The notes: generated by a model not told the origin, from the letters alone. A DNA stretch of 61,615 bases, filler included, from Jimgerdemannia flammicorona (GCA_003990765.1; 3 parts of 3 records of this genome joined end to end with filler, not necessarily neighbours in it); one strand, 5' to 3'; numbered from the whole stretch's first letter, positions 24,968 to 39,781 are shown. Program-made: numbers and translations.

Positions 24968-25737
24968 GCTTGGCGACAATTGCTGACACCAATTTTAATA
25001 AAGGAGCAAAGATTCGAAATGGTTGGTTACATAGAAATTGGTAAAAGGGGGTGAATGATGACTTACGACTCCGCCACGGGATGATCTCTTCTCCGATGGA
25101 CTTATTTGTGGAGCCAACCCAATGTAGTAATAATGGGGAACATAGTATATTCTCCCTGATGGGATAAAAATGGGTGCGGTGCTTGAGAATGCTGGAAGAC
25201 ATGCCACATGATACCGAAACAGACAAAAGAGAAATATTGTCTACATTTCCCACACCAGCCACATAATGGATTGATGGAAAACCATGGTGATGCAATTAAT
25301 GAGTGAGCCCTGAGAGTGCTAAGAGCATAAGCAAGCTAGAAGATGGTGCTGAGAGCCATGGTGATGCAATTAATGAGCTAGCCCTGAGAGCTTCAAATAT
25401 AGCAGTATGTGTATTAGAATTTATATTCAAATATTATAATATATGGATATATTTATTTAGTATTTCAAGATTAAATTATATTTCAAGATATTTTAACTAT
25501 ATTTCAAGATTTTGAGATTGGCCAGCTTATTGCTATACCTTTAAATATATATATTCACCAATTTTTTCAGGGTCTAAAGTTACCTTTTTTAGGTTCCACA
25601 AGATCTTTATCTCTTGAAAAAACTCTCTCTATGAGTGTACTTGTTGCTGGGATAGCTAAATAGTCATATGCCATTTTTGCTAAATTTGGGTAATCTCTGT
25701 TATGGTCCTAATATTCACAATGAATTAAATCAAATTA

Positions 25738-25820
25738 ATAATATTTCAAATTAGACCTATAATATTTCAAATTAGACCTATAATATTTCAAATTAGACCT
25801 ATAATATTTCAAATTAGATC
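25738..25820. repeat. 21-bp tandem repeat x4 in a hAT intron
   Basis: TATAATATTTCAAATTAGACC units. Confidence 0.85.
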
Positions 25821-27089
25821 AACTCACTTGCCACCAAGATAATGTATCAACTCCCAGTTGAAATTTAACAGTTTCACTTTCCAAATAATTACATATCTAA
25901 CTCCTTCTCAGGATTTGTCATCAGTTCTTATCTTTTATTATTGAATATATGTTCAGATAGCTTAGCAACTCATTGATATTGACATTGATATTATCTTCTA
26001 TTTCAGAATAATCTTCAGAACTTATGTAATAAACTGATAGAGAGGCATAGTTTTCATTATAGACTATATGAACAGTAGTTTCAGCTACTTCAATCTAAAT
26101 GGTTTCTCAATTATAGTTTGAATAATATTATAGTTTAAGCCTGAGATCAAGAACTAGTTTTTATTTAAAAAATAAAATAAATTTCAAAATGGATTCATAG
26201 TTCAAAATTTCAAAATAGTCTTCAGCAATAAGTAAAATTCAAAATATTTACTTATCAATATCAATATAATAAATCTGATGATCTATCATTGAATAGTATT
26301 TCTTCAACTTATCAATAGCTACTGTTAATACCTATTGAATGAGAGTATTCTGCTCTTTATTTTCTTTTGACTCTGTTGTATGATTTTAAAATACTTCAAC
26401 ATATCCAGTAGAAAGTTGTAAATTAGAATAGCAGAATAAATTGTTGGATATTTTAGCTGAGTTGTAAGATCTATTATATATTGAAAATTCTTTAACATAA
26501 AAATAATATCTTTTAGCAACTACCAAGTACAATCTTTAATAGCATATGCTCAAAAATCATTATCAACTATAACTGTTAAATTTAAGGGCTTTTAATAAAA
26601 ATTAATTTATTAAATTAGACTCAGATATAAATATAGACCTATATCACACATGTGCTTAACCAACAAATTAAATATAATTAAATATAATTATCTCTAATAA
26701 TTCAATGGCCTGTTCAATCATTGAATATGTTAAGTTCCACCAAGTCTTAATGTCCAAAATAAGTTCCTTTAGATTGTTGATTCCATAGACTTTACCTTAT
26801 ATAGTAAATCTCTTGTAATGCTATAGTGATAACCAGATCTTAATAATACTCATTCAGAGACTTGAAATCATTTCTCTATTATTATCAGTCTTCAGATAGA
26901 TTAAAAAGGCTTAAACAGCCAGATGAATAATATGAGCTATATAGTGTACATATTGTATTAGTTAATAGTTGAGACTATGATCAAACTTTATTCTAATTAT
27001 TTAAAAAAATATATTATTGTTAGATATATTATCTGTTATTATAACTAACATCTAGAGTGAAAAATCAATAATTCAAAATATAAGATAAC

Positions 27090-27355
27090 TGTTTTTTGAA
27101 AACCTGACCTTTATCAAAAACCCAATCTTTTTTTGAAAATTTGACCTTTTCAAAAACCCAACCTTTTTCAAAAATCTGAACCTTTTTCAAAAACCCAACT
27201 TTTTCAAAAAAAACCCAACCTTTTTCAAAAAAAATCTTAATCTTTTTTGAAAACCCAACCTTTTGATCTTTTTTTAAAACCTGACCTTTTTGAAAACCCA
27301 ACTTTTTTTAAAAATCCAACTTTTTTGAAAACTTGACCTTTTCAAAACCTCTTTT
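27090..27355. repeat. About 18-bp minisatellite within the hAT
   Basis: TTTTTCAAAAACCCAACC-like units, more than 12 copies. Confidence 0.85.
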
Positions 27356-28661
27356 AAAAGGCTCACTCACTCTTTATATACATATCATTACCTATATATC
27401 AAAATCTCAAACACAGCTCTTAAAGGCATCAGTAACATTTTTACCAGAATGAGATCCTGATAGCTTAATAAAATCAATTAATATAAGTTGAGTTGCCAAT
27501 TTTGAAAATCCAATATGCATTAATTCTAAGAAATACATACATATTCAGTAATATTCATATATCAATAGTGAAGAATATTTAATCTGATATATTCTATTTT
27601 AAAATAAATTAAATCAAAATAAAATTAATTTGAAATATTAGAATTAGTATTTAAAGTTAAATATTAGATCTTATCTGTAGTGTAATTTTGATAGTATTAT
27701 AATTTCTTTGAAAGACCAGTTTAATTTTACTTTATATAATTTTAGTAGAAGAAATAGTATATTTAGTTTCAGAAGATAAAAAAGATCTCTTAGCTCTAAA
27801 TTCTCAAAAACTATAAAAGACCAACTGTTATGAATAATTCAGTGAACAAGTATATCTTGAAATAATTTCATAGAAAATCTTAGCTATTTAATATATCAAA
27901 TAGCAATAAATTAATAAAAAAAAACAAAAAACAAAAAACAAAAGAAGTAAGCAAATAATATAAAAATCATACTTTTGAGAAAAATAATTCTATTACTCCT
28001 ACTTGATGACTTTTGTGAAATTTGTCAAAATGTATCTATAGATTTATTGTAAAGTTACTATTAATCTTATATGTTATTTTACAGTAATTACATTTTACTC
28101 TTCTGATGTCTCTATTCTCTATATACTCTTTTGTAAACTCTTTCCAAATACTAGAGCATTCTTTTGCTTTTTCTTTTCCTTTCTTGGACTATTATATTGA
28201 GACTACACTTGTCATAGCTATGCTTGTTGAAGCTGTATTTGACACTGAAGCTATTGTTATAGTATCCACTATAAGTAGTATTGTAGAAGATATATCTGAC
28301 ATATTTGATTGTGACATACTTAATGGTATATATATATTATTTTTGTAAGTTATATCATATATGAGTTTTGAATTACTATATTTAGGTTTGAATTCAATTT
28401 GAATTGTAACTTGATTTCATTTGATTCAATTCATAGTCAAGGACTTGACAAGACAAATCTAGTACAACAAAGATTATTAAATTTGGCTGTTTTTTTTTAA
28501 GTTATTGAATTTTAAAAATTTAAATTCAAATTGAAATTTGAATTGAATTGGACCTTGATTTGAATGATTCAAATTGAATTGGGTCTCAATTCAATTCAAC
28601 ATTTTTGAATCAAATTAAATTTATGTCCAATTTTATTCAATTCAATTCATTAAGAGTACTA

Positions 28662-30840
28662 TCATCAGGGAGTCTTGGTCCTCTGGGATTTTACTGGTTC
28701 CTTTGGTCATTTCTTTGGTCATTCCTTCTGTGGGGATTTCTTCTATCTTGGTTATCCTTCTTATGTTCTGAATTTCATAGGGCCTATATAGCAAGGATTT
28801 TATAGGCTCTTCTTTATACCTAGGGAAAGCACCATGAGTAGTGGATACATCCTTAGTAGAGGCCTTGTTCCTTAATCTTTTGAGTGAGCCAATCTAGTAC
28901 AGCTGTAAAGAGATGGTTGGCCCTAGTACTATTGATGGCCAAATCGTTTTTCTAATAAGTAAGTCCCATGATTTTGAGGTTGGTATCCATCCTAGTAATA
29001 AAGATTTCTAGGTCCTTCTTACCATTCTTATGAAACTTCATCTGGGCTGATTTGTTTTAAGTTTCTTATATATAAGCTATATTTCAGAATTTGATCAGTA
29101 GTAGGGTCTTGAGTCCTGGGCCTGTAACATAGTTATCTCAACCTGATCTGGTATAGCCAAGTATCTATCCAACTTGAGAGTGATCTTCTCAAGTTACTGG
29201 ATATTCTTCTAGGGTATGCCAGAACTTGCCTATTGTTCCAGTGAAGAATGTTGCTATTGTTTTCACTTGTACTGCTGATGTAGCAAATGACTGTTAAAGT
29301 GTATTGTCTTGGTTATTGGTGAGCATCTCTGTAGAGACTTGGTTATTAGTTCATTTATTTGCTTCATATCTAATATCTTCTATATTGATGAAGATTTCAA
29401 TATTACTACTTCTTCTACTGAAAGTAGAGATTCTCAAGATCTTGGTTGGTTTGTTCTGTTCAGCAAATTGTCCTACTATCTCTGCTAGTGTAGCTAACTG
29501 AGTAGTCAGGACTATAATATTTTTATCTACTATTGTATTGGCTATTAGTAGTGAGTCTATAGAGGTAGATTCTCCTGAAAATTGTTCTGTCTGATATGGT
29601 GGTAGTACTGTATGACTTGGGATAGCTTGATTCTAAAGATCAGATCAAAAATTTCTATAAGGATAAGTAAATCAAATCTCTATATAGGTGCCTGGATTGG
29701 TTCTGGGATCTGATCTTCTTGATCTATAGGTCTTTGGTAAATTTCTAGACCTACTGTACCTTTTGGCTATCATTAGATAGATATCTTGCAGAGTCTTCTT
29801 CTGACTCTCTTATCTGATGAGATAGTACATCCTCATATTGACTAGGTCCTTCAAAGAGAATATCAGTTTCTGGCTAGATAGATGGGTCTGCTTCTTGATC
29901 AGCAGTTGGGGGTGAATGGCCTATCTGTTCAGTCTTATATCTTAATATAGTAGTAGTGTAGTATATAACAAGGCTTTAGTAGAGGGATGTTTAGATAGGA
30001 GTATATTGGTATCTGTCAGATGCTATCTACTCAGCAGCTGCTACTCTTACTGCAGAGAGAGAGATATAGTCTAAAATTTTCTAGATAGTCACAGTAGTAG
30101 ATTCTTGAGTCCTAGTGGTCCCAAGGTATAGAGAAGTATATAGAACCTACAACAGCTGACTGTATTCCTAAGACCTGGGTGGTAGTTTCTAAAAATCTTA
30201 TATAGGTCTCTATATACTTGGTCAATTACTAGCTGATGAGTTTTTGAGTCTGGAGTTTTCTGATAATATCTGGTTCTAATGACAATTGCTTGTTTGGCTC
30301 TAATTTAGAGGTTTATTCCTAGAGAATCTACAGTTGGTTCTGAGGTTACTCCCATCCAAGGTTGGTCTTATTCCAACTTCTCAGAAGTGTGCTCTTGATG
30401 TCTTCTTGGCTTGGTAATTCTACTACTACCAAGTTGTAATAATTCTTATTTCTACCCCTCTCTTATTCTTTGGATAATTAGAGAAACAAGGTATTACTTA
30501 GAGACTTAGTATACAAGTGTACCAAGAAGCCTTTAGTGTGAAGAAGCACTCACTTGAAAGTAGTTATAGCAACAGTGTCCTTCTTATTAACTATAGTTAT
30601 AAGAAACTTGCTCTTTGCTGTATATAGACTGAATTCATCTTGGAATTCAGGTTCAATAAGGTGTTTAATTATATCTTTTGGATTTATATACTAGTCTTAG
30701 TTCTGGCAGAAGTTAGCTAGTCTTCTGGAGTTTAGTTAGAAATCCTAAAGTTACTTAGATGTTATTACTAAGACTCAGAAGAATATGTGTATTAAGGAGA
30801 GACTTAATTTTTGTATCAGGAACTGAACTAATACTGTCTT
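28662..30840 (-). mobile_element. Ty3/gypsy-type element: part of 5' LTR (30435-30840), PBS and degenerate gag-like region
   Basis: On the minus strand the LTR end ATTACA is followed by ACTTGGTAG (PBS position), then stop-riddled coding-like sequence. Bounded by the hAT end and the LINE poly-A. Confidence 0.6.
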
Positions 30841-33800
30841 TTTTTTATTTTTTTATTTTTTATAGTTACTTAGACTCCTTCCTTTATTAATACACTATCT
30901 ATTCTTTATATAATACACTGTATCCACCCCTACCTGATCCTCTTAGGCCCCCACCCCTTCTTGATAAAAGACCACTTTGTCATTTACCATTGCCACCTGC
31001 CTGCCACTCTGTTCACAGATCCCTTCCACCAAATGGTGATATTGCCTACCCTGGGGACCCCAACCAACCCACCACTCAGTCAGCAAATCTCCCATCAACC
31101 CCTCCCATCTTAACAACTTCTCTTGTGTGTCTGTCTGCTGTCTCTCCTCAAAGACAAAGAGCCAATGTCTAGCCAGCCCTACCTATACAGCTAGAACCCA
31201 CCCAACAGTAAGCTATCTATTGCCCACACTATCCACTAACCAGGATTTCAAACCCTCCCAACGACCTCTCTCTCTATCCAGCCTTCTCTCCACACCCATC
31301 AGGTCCCCTACCACTATCCAAAAGTTCCCCAGAACCTCACACTCTCCCAGCCAATGTTCTGGCATCTGCACAAATCCCCCAACTTATCCTACATTATATC
31401 ACTCCTCACAATCTAATCATCCACCATCCACCTATGGAAATTCAACATGACATTCCTCCACAGCATCCACCACTATACTACCCAGAACTTTGGAGAAAGC
31501 CACCTCCACACCTTAGCACTCTATGACCAGATTCCTACTCAGTCCCACTCTTCACCAATCCTCACTGCCTACTAACTACTTGGCCAAATATCCTGACCAA
31601 GTCCCCACTGATACTCCACTCCTTCACCAATATCAAATTCAGCAAGCAGAACTCCCCCCAGGAGTAGTCTGCCCCATTGCCACATAGCTGGACCCCACAG
31701 CATCTCCCTCTCATTACTTCACCAGCATAGGTCAATTCAGTATACTCTATCTACCACCCCCCACCAGAAGCTCTTATACTATAGCCACCAGCTTTCATTC
31801 AGACCCACCAGAGATAGCAAATCTCCCAATGATTCTTGTGGGGAGAATCTCATCTCTTACACCTTCTGCATCAGCAGTACTCAACCCCCACCCTATAGTT
31901 CAACAGTCCTTTTCAACCACCAAGCTTGCAGGCAGTACAGCCTCTTAGGAAAATCCACTAGGCCTAGCCCTCCCCTAACCACCAGCATTACAAGAGTGTC
32001 CCAACTGATCTGGGACTACCTCTTTGCCCAAATCCAAACCCTAGCCAGTTTCATCAGTCTCTTTACCACCCAAGCTGGAAAGTCTAAGTAATAAGCAACA
32101 TACCATAGCATGGGAAATCAGTAGACATTCAGAATTGATACCCAGCTCACTAGAGAGATGTGGTGACCTCCCCAACCTCTAAGAGCCTCCCCCCAGATTT
32201 CCACCCTCCTCTGCCACTATACCTGTAGCAAGATAGATCCATATATAGAAAGGAAGATGATCAGATACTACACCACTTCTTCTGTAAGGACATTTGTTCC
32301 AATGACATCCCCTCCCACTAGCCCATTCTCCAGCACTATTGTCTCACACTTATGCCAGTTGAGCTTTACCCCAGAATACACCTTATACCATTCCACAGTC
32401 TCCTTAAGTACCTCAACATCCACCACTGAGCCAAGTCCAACTACCATATCATCTGCAAAGGCCCCCACCTTCTATACCACACCATACACAGAGAGCCCTG
32501 CCACCTTTTGCCATATCCTATCCATCAAAGGTTCTAACAAAAGGGTGTAGAGGATAGGAGACAATGGATCTCCCTGAGGAACTCCTCTCCCCAAGGAGAA
32601 TGCTAGACTCTGGTAACTATTACACATCAGAGCTGCCCTACTTCCCTCTAACAGATTCAATATAGAAGCTTGAAATCATGGGGGAACACCAATTCTATCC
32701 AGCACCTTGGCCAGCCACACCTGCCAAATGTGGTCATAGGTCTTCTCCTGGTCCAAAAAGACCAGTCTTCCATCTAATCCACAAGGCTGTACTCCTTCAA
32801 TAATGCCATGAACTCAGGCAGTCACATCCCTGATAAGTCTGCCTTCAACAAAGACCTGCTGCTCCTCATCCAGCACCTGTTGGGCAACCCTCTATAGCCT
32901 TGTAACAATCACTTTGGTCACTATCTTTCTGTCTATATCCAGAAGCATGATTGGTCTCCAGTTCTTCCAGTCCTCTCTCCTCTCATTGTCTTTGTATAAC
33001 AAGGCTACCAACCCCAAGTCCTGCTCACCAACTCACTTGCCATTCAGAAGAACATAGTCACAGAGAGCTGCTATCTCTCCTATCACTCCAGGTATCTTCA
33101 CCATCTTCTTCCAAAAGTCCCAAGATAACCCATCCTCTCCTAGTACCATCCCAAGCTTAGTTGTGGCAAGGACATTCTGGATCTCCTTCTCTTGAACTGA
33201 TAGGACCAAGGTACCAAGGCCCTCAACTTGTGGCAGATCTCAATCCTCTAGTATATTGCCAATTGCCTCCTTATTCCCACCCCCTTTCTTCTCACTCCAC
33301 AGACCCCTCCACCTCTCCTTCAGTACCCCCAAGATCTGTTGTGTGCTATGCACTATTTCCCCCTCTGCATCAAGGACTCCATCCCATCAATGCCACACCC
33401 TCCTGGCCTGGAGGAGTCTTGACAAGTACCTAGTAGGCTTCTCCCCCTCCTCAAGTCCCTGCCACCTCAGCCTGGCTGCCATTTCTCTCATATGCATCTC
33501 CTTCTCCTCTCACAACACCTGTTGTAGCTCCATAACCGCCAATTTAGCACATGTCAACCTCCAATTATCAACCTCACCAGAATTCAACAAATCTGCCCAT
33601 TCTATCTACAATCTAACCAACCAACTGGAAGCACACCTCACCCTTTTCCTTCTCTGCTTCCCTGCCTCTCTACCAGCTTCTCCCTAGTAAGCCTGTGCAG
33701 CCTCTTTTAAATTTATCCAATAGACACCAACTGGTAAATCCTTGCATACCAATCTGGTAATCTTCAATTGGATGTCCTTCATCCATGGGTCCTGCAAAAC

Positions 33801-36692
33801 CTTCTCAGCCAGAGAGGAGTTAAGGTGCTAATGTTCAGATCCATCTCCACTTTCCCAAAACTGCCTCCACCCCAAGAGACCCCAATGATCAGACCATGGA
33901 CACCACTCTACCTCCAGAGTCTTTCAAACATCAATTCCCCAGCACTCAGCTATCAGGATCCAGTCAATCTTTGTACCCAGTTCATTCACCCAGTGTATAT
34001 AAATCCTCCTGTCTCTCTACCCTATCCTATCCATACATATCCCCCAGAGAGCTAAGGTTCTCCACCTCCTCCCACTTGTCCAGGCCACCACTCCTACCAC
34101 CAGCACTCTTCCCTCCATCAGTCCTATCCAACTAAATATCATGCACCATATTAAAGTCTCCTCCCAGAATATCAACTCCCTCCTCCATAAGAGAGCCCTC
34201 TTTCAAAAGACTGTTAATCCATGCAATCCTCTTACCCCTAACTGCTGGGCAGTAGCAAGACCCAACCTTCACTGGCACCCACCCAGATCTATGCTATTTC
34301 CCCCACACCAAATGGTCTCCCCAGCTTCTTATTCCACCCAGGTCCTCTTTACCACTCTATGTCAAAATTGCCACTCTGCGAATCCAAGCTGCAGTTTCTC
34401 CCCATTCTCTAGTCCATGCTGCCTGATCCTCATCCTCCTTATATCGAACATCCTGCAGCAGAAAAATATCAGCCTCCAAACCCTTAAGCCAATTAAAAAT
34501 ATTCCTATATCACCCAGATCCCCATAGTCTATTCATATTTAGAGAGAAAATGTTTATTGTACTGTTTATATGAAATAATGTTTTTTAGAAGAAATATTAT
34601 ATCTATCCTCTACAAATCCATATGCCTCTTCTCTCATGTCAAGTCCAAGTTATATTCAGCAGCCAAAGCCTCCTCTTCAACCTTCTTTGCCTTCAATTCC
34701 ACTAGAAGTTCAGCTATCTCCCCATCCTCCTTTTTCTTGAAGTCCTTGTAGTACTCTAGGCAGGCCTCTTATCAGAGCCTCAGTCCATGCTGCTCTGCTT
34801 AACAGAAGGCAGCCTGCTTACTCGCAACCACTGCCAGCTCTGTCTCCCTCTCCTTATCAACCTCATACCCTTCTTTCTCCAGCAGAATCACAAGCATCTC
34901 TACCTTCAGTGCCTCTACAACCCCATTACCCTGTAAGATCTATGCCCAATGCTCCTCACTCATCACTTGTAGGTCCACTTCTCCCAACTCTTCAGCTGTA
35001 AAGTTATTCATCATCTGGTATAGCCACAGTAGGTTCCCCACCTCCTTCTCCTCTGGAGTCACAGGCCTTCCAGTATCTAGCATTGTGGTATCAGCTCCTA
35101 CACTTACAGTTTCATCTCACTCCTTCTCTGTCACATCTGCTAGCTCATTCTCACCAACTGCCACCACCTGTCCTCCTTTTGCCAGATCTGGAACTCCAGA
35201 ATGCACCCACTGGGCTCTGTGCATCAGTACATCCTCTGCCACCTGGATCCTCACAGCAGAGCTATGCCTGACAATAGGGGGGTGTAATTGAGGTCCTGTT
35301 CCCAGACTTTGAATATACCATCCACATAAGAGTCACTGTGCAGTGGCTTCCCTATCCCATTCTGACCCTCCTTAACCTCCCCACCCCCCTCACTGGTTCA
35401 GACACTTACCTCAGTGCCCTCTGACTTCTCAATACCTTCTGTATTCTTCTTCCCTCATTCTTCTATGCTTGCTAACAACTTTCTCTGCCCTGAGTCCTCT
35501 CTCACTGCCTCTTGTCTGTGCAGATACATTTCTCATCCACAATCTCCAAATGTATCAAGTCTACATATATCTGCTAGACCTTAGCTCTCCTCTCAACTGC
35601 TCCACTCTTTTCTTCCAGAGCCTCCAACAGATCCTCCTCCTCTTCTTTACTCTCCTTCACCCTCAATATCTTACAGATGAAAGCCTCATATAGCATGACT
35701 AAAGGCCAGTCACTTGCCTTCCCAGTGGTCTCTTTCTCAGCCAGCTGAATCTGGATATCCACATCTCTAGTCCTGAAATTGGTTCCCTCCCACATCTGAA
35801 ATCCAATATTCACCATATTACCATACTCTACCATCACCTCCTCAACCCTCCTCCTGGTCTCCACAGTCAGCACCCCCTTCACCAGCAGCTGAACCACTCT
35901 GGAGTCCCACCTCAAGCACTACACCATAGGTACCACCACCTCTCCTACAGCCACTCCAGTCTTCAGTACCTCCTCCAGTGGTCCTGCTTTCTCAAAACCC
36001 ACCTCCACTCCCTCTAATCCCTTCAGGAACTTCATGGAGGCAGCACTCACCACCTGCTTCAAAGGATCATCCTCACCATCACTGCCAGGCCCTGGAAGCA
36101 CAAGGTTGCCACAAACTCTGAAATTGACTTCTTGAGTAATAGTACCACCACCAGCCCCATCACACTATCTGTCAGATCCCCCTTCCTCTTTGGGCCCATC
36201 TGTCCAGCCTCTCCATCAGCTATCATATCTGGATTTTTGCCAGATCCCTAGTTACACCACCATCAGCAGTCTCCCCCTTACTCTCAGCTACTATACCACT
36301 AGCCCTTCCCCCTACCAGCTGAGGTCCAGCACCTCTCACTCCTCCTTCTTCTGCTTTTCCTTCCCCTCCATCTGTCTGCTACAAGAACCAACAGGCCATC
36401 CACTATTCCTCAATATATCTGCAAAGCTCTTTTCCTGCTGCCCTCCTACTCCTCCTCCAGTACTGCTACCACTGCCTGAACTGTCTTACCCACCTAGACC
36501 ACTGAAAGACCCCATCTCCAATCTATGTTCACATCTAACATATTGTCAGTCAAAGGCTCCAGATCCACCCAACCTAGTACATATGTCAGCTTGCTTGTTT
36601 TTTGCCATTGTCTTAGTACCTTTCTCCAATAAATACTTGAAAGTGAGTTGTGAAAGTATGTGTAATATGAGTGATAATTGGGAAAGGTGATG
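30841..36692 (-). mobile_element. Full-length L1/Tx1-clade LINE (about 5.85 kb), inactivated
   Basis: Poly-A tail at 30841-30860. TSD GAACTAATACT(GT/AC)CTT at 30825-30840 and 36693-36708. ORF2 APE motifs (GGDFN, IFLLQD) and RT motifs (GVPQGDPLSPILY, AFADD); ORF1 upstream; many stops. Confidence 0.92.
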
Positions 36693-37046
36693 GAACTAAT
36701 ACTACCTTTATTTCAAATGAAAACCTAGGGGGTATTTATATAGGTTGGTTCATGATTTTTGACTAAGTATGAGTGACTAATTTGATAACTATAGATGAGG
36801 TTTATGATTGTAATCTTTGTGATCAGGTGGTTTGTGATCAGGAATATCTTTGTGATTAAGACCTTTATTGTTGGGCAATAATCAGTTACAGTAGTATTTG
36901 CTGTGATACTAATTGCTAGAGATAAGCTAGACATCATTTATTGTATTATTTACATCATTTGTATCTTATTCATTACATTTATTATATTCATTGTATATTA
37001 TATTCAATGGTGACATCATCAATAGGTCATGTGATCATTCATTACA
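36693..37046 (-). mobile_element. Remainder of the LTR split by the LINE
   Basis: Continues from the TSD. Minus-strand TATA box TATATAAATACCCC at about 36727-36741; candidate TGTAAT start at 37046. Confidence 0.5.
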
Positions 37047-37219
37047 TCTTGTCTATTTATTCTTTTATAGGTATTCTGATAAGATATATAGACTCTGGGA
37101 TCTATGCAAGTAGCATATAGTTATTTTGCATGATATATAATTTAGAGAAAAAAGAAGTCAAGAATTTCATGTGATTATACTAGTTAATATCTCTATATCT
37201 ATATTTTAGTCAGTATAAA

Positions 37220-37778
37220 TAGTGCTCCGAATGAGTCAATCCAGATCAACTCAGATGGGATTCGAATCCCATCGAGATGGATTGAATCAACCATTGTTTT
37301 GATTTCCAAATTAGACAATTAAATGTTTATATCAATAACTCAATGAATAATCATCAAAATTTGATGATCGTGGTGTCATTTGAAAGCCCTTAATAAGGCC
37401 TTTCTAATGAGACCAAGAACATTAAAATCAGATTACGCATTACCAAGATATTAAGGAAAACTTTCTATTTGACAAAATTTCCAAAATTGGCAAATCAAAG
37501 AATTTCCAAAATCGGCAATTCAGATGGCTTCCTTCATAACTCAGCAACACATGATCTGATTTCAATGTTCTTGATATCATTAGATAGGCCTTATTAAGGG
37601 CTTTTAAATGACACTAAGATTATCAAATCTGGATGATTATTCATTGAGTTAATGATGTAAACATTTAATTGTCTAATTTGGAAATCAAAACAATGGTTGA
37701 TTCAAATCCATCCAGATGGGATTCAATCCGAATCAATCTGAATCCAATCCAGATTAAATTGACTTGTTAGGAGCACTA
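37220..37778. mobile_element. Foldback MITE of the hAT superfamily (559 bp)
   Basis: Termini TAGTGCTCC...GGAGCACTA, perfect 8-bp TSD AGTATAAA (37212-37219, 37779-37786), inverted arms of about 220 bp. Confidence 0.92.
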
Positions 37779-37789
37779 AGTATAAATAT

Positions 37790-39720
37790 AGCAACCAAAG
37801 TAACTGTCTCCAATCTCTCCAGCAGTTTATCAAAATTATTTTCAACCACTATATATATCTGAGCCAGAGTTATCTAAGCTAAGAATAATGGAGATCAAAG
37901 ATATAAACAAACTCTCCAATGATGAGAGATCCTCTATAAAGAATAAGTAAAAATATTCCAACATTCACTAAGAAACTTATTCTGATTTAGAAAGTTATTA
38001 AGATATACTAGCAAGTCCTAGATAGTAATGACAGAACTATGTGAGCTATACTGAAGTATATAAATATATAAATATTATAATATCTAATGAGCCAAACATA
38101 TATAATGAAGTCATGTAATCTCTAGATAGCAAAAAATGGAAATATAATAAATGAGAAATATGATTTACTTATTGAGACTAATATATGAGATCTTGTACTC
38201 TTTCTGCCAAATTGCTAAATAATTGGATTAAAGTGAGTCTATAGAATCAAGCATAATGCTGACAGAAGTATAGAGTAATATATATAAAGCTTATTTTGTT
38301 GCTAAGGAAAATTACAGAATTATAGTATAGATTACAATGAGATATTTTCACCAGTATTCAAGCTTACTTTGCTTAGAATACTCCTTACAATTAGTGCACT
38401 ATATAATCTGGTAATCTATCAAATAAATATCAAGACAGCATTTCTGAATAGTGATATAGATACTAAACTATATACAAAGATATAAACTCTATAATGATGA
38501 TAAGAACAAGCTCATATATACACTATATAAGAGATTATATAGTATCAAACAAGCAGTATGATTATGAAATAAAAGGATTGATAAACATCTTCTTAATAAT
38601 GAATTCATATGTTGCAAAGCAGATAATTACATATATATTCAAAACTATATCAATAGTGTAGTATTCATCAGTATTTGGGTTGATAATATAATTATTATTA
38701 CTAGTAAGAACAGATATAACAGAGTTAAAGAAGCCCTATACTAATAAATCAAGATGTCAGATATAGGTAATATATTCTTTCTTTTGGGGATATCTATTAT
38801 ATATAACAGAAATACATGTGCCATATATCTCTTATAAGTAATATATACTTAAATAATCCTCAAATATTTCAATATGAATAAATATAAACTCATTGGCACT
38901 CCTATGGATATTTCTATAAAGTTAAGAAAGCCAGATACTACTTCTGAGGATGATAATGATATGCTAACCAAGAATAGTCCCAAAGATATATCTTATTGGT
39001 AAGTGATCTGTTCTCTTATATATCTTATATTAGGAATAAGACCCAACATATCATATACTCTAAATAAAGTAATATAATATTTCTTCTGCTATAATAATTC
39101 ACATTAGAACACTATCAAGAGAATATTCAGATAACTTAAGGATATAGCATACTATATACTCATATTGAGTGATAATATCAGATTAAGTAGGAGCAATGAT
39201 AAGAGAAATAATATCTGACTATCTAGTATATATAACACTGATTAGGTAGATAATCTTGACAATAGCTGATCTATAACTAGATATCTATTCCACATTGGTA
39301 AAAGGTCTGTCATCTTGTAGCAGATGTTCAAGCAGAGTTTCATGATAACACTATTAATATAAGTAGAGTACTAGATATTATCAATGACAATAAAAGAAAT
39401 CATATAGCTCTATAAACTATTAAAAGATCTCAGCTTCACTCAAAAGAACCCTATCTGATCAAGCAAGATAATCAATTGATACATAATAGCATTTGTCAAG
39501 AACTCAGTACATTATAGTAGAATAAAACATATTGATATATAATATTATTTAATATAGAAATATATAGAAAATAGTACTATATACTTAGAATATATTTCTA
39601 TAAAGTACATAATTACCAATTTACTTACAAAAGAACTTCTAAGACCAAAGTTTAAGCTATATATAAAAGAAATTGGTCTTACAAGTAATATGCCAGTATT
39701 CAGATAATTTGGAGATACTA
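37790..39720 (+). mobile_element. Ty1/copia pol remnant (RT and RNase H), extremely mutated
   Basis: IGLK*VYRIKHNAD, YKAYFVAK, IDYNEIFSPV, QINIKTAFLNSD, WVDN, KHIDI motifs in order. Confidence 0.85.
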
Positions 39721-39781
39721 TTAGAGATATTTTTTCAGACTACAAAAAGCTTCTCTTACTATATTACATTTGCATATATAT

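Larger units (their letters stand above)
25400..28661 (-). mobile_element. hAT DNA transposon with an intron-containing, mutated transposase
   Basis: BED finger SIWKEF...VKCNYC...NL*IHFDKFH, FTIDI*, LIDFIKLSGSHSGKNV, ILDIKTWWNLTYSMIEQA, and dimerisation domain TLSWW...YPNLAKMAYDYLAIPATST..RVF. Right terminus TAGTACTCTTAA at 28661; left terminus not found. Confidence 0.88.

Noticed and set aside
24927..25295. Processed retrocopy with poly-A tail
   Set aside because: Long A/T tracts are common throughout the window; no TSD or recognisable product.
27065..27301. KKVGF-repeat protein
   Set aside because: Translation of the minisatellite inside the hAT.
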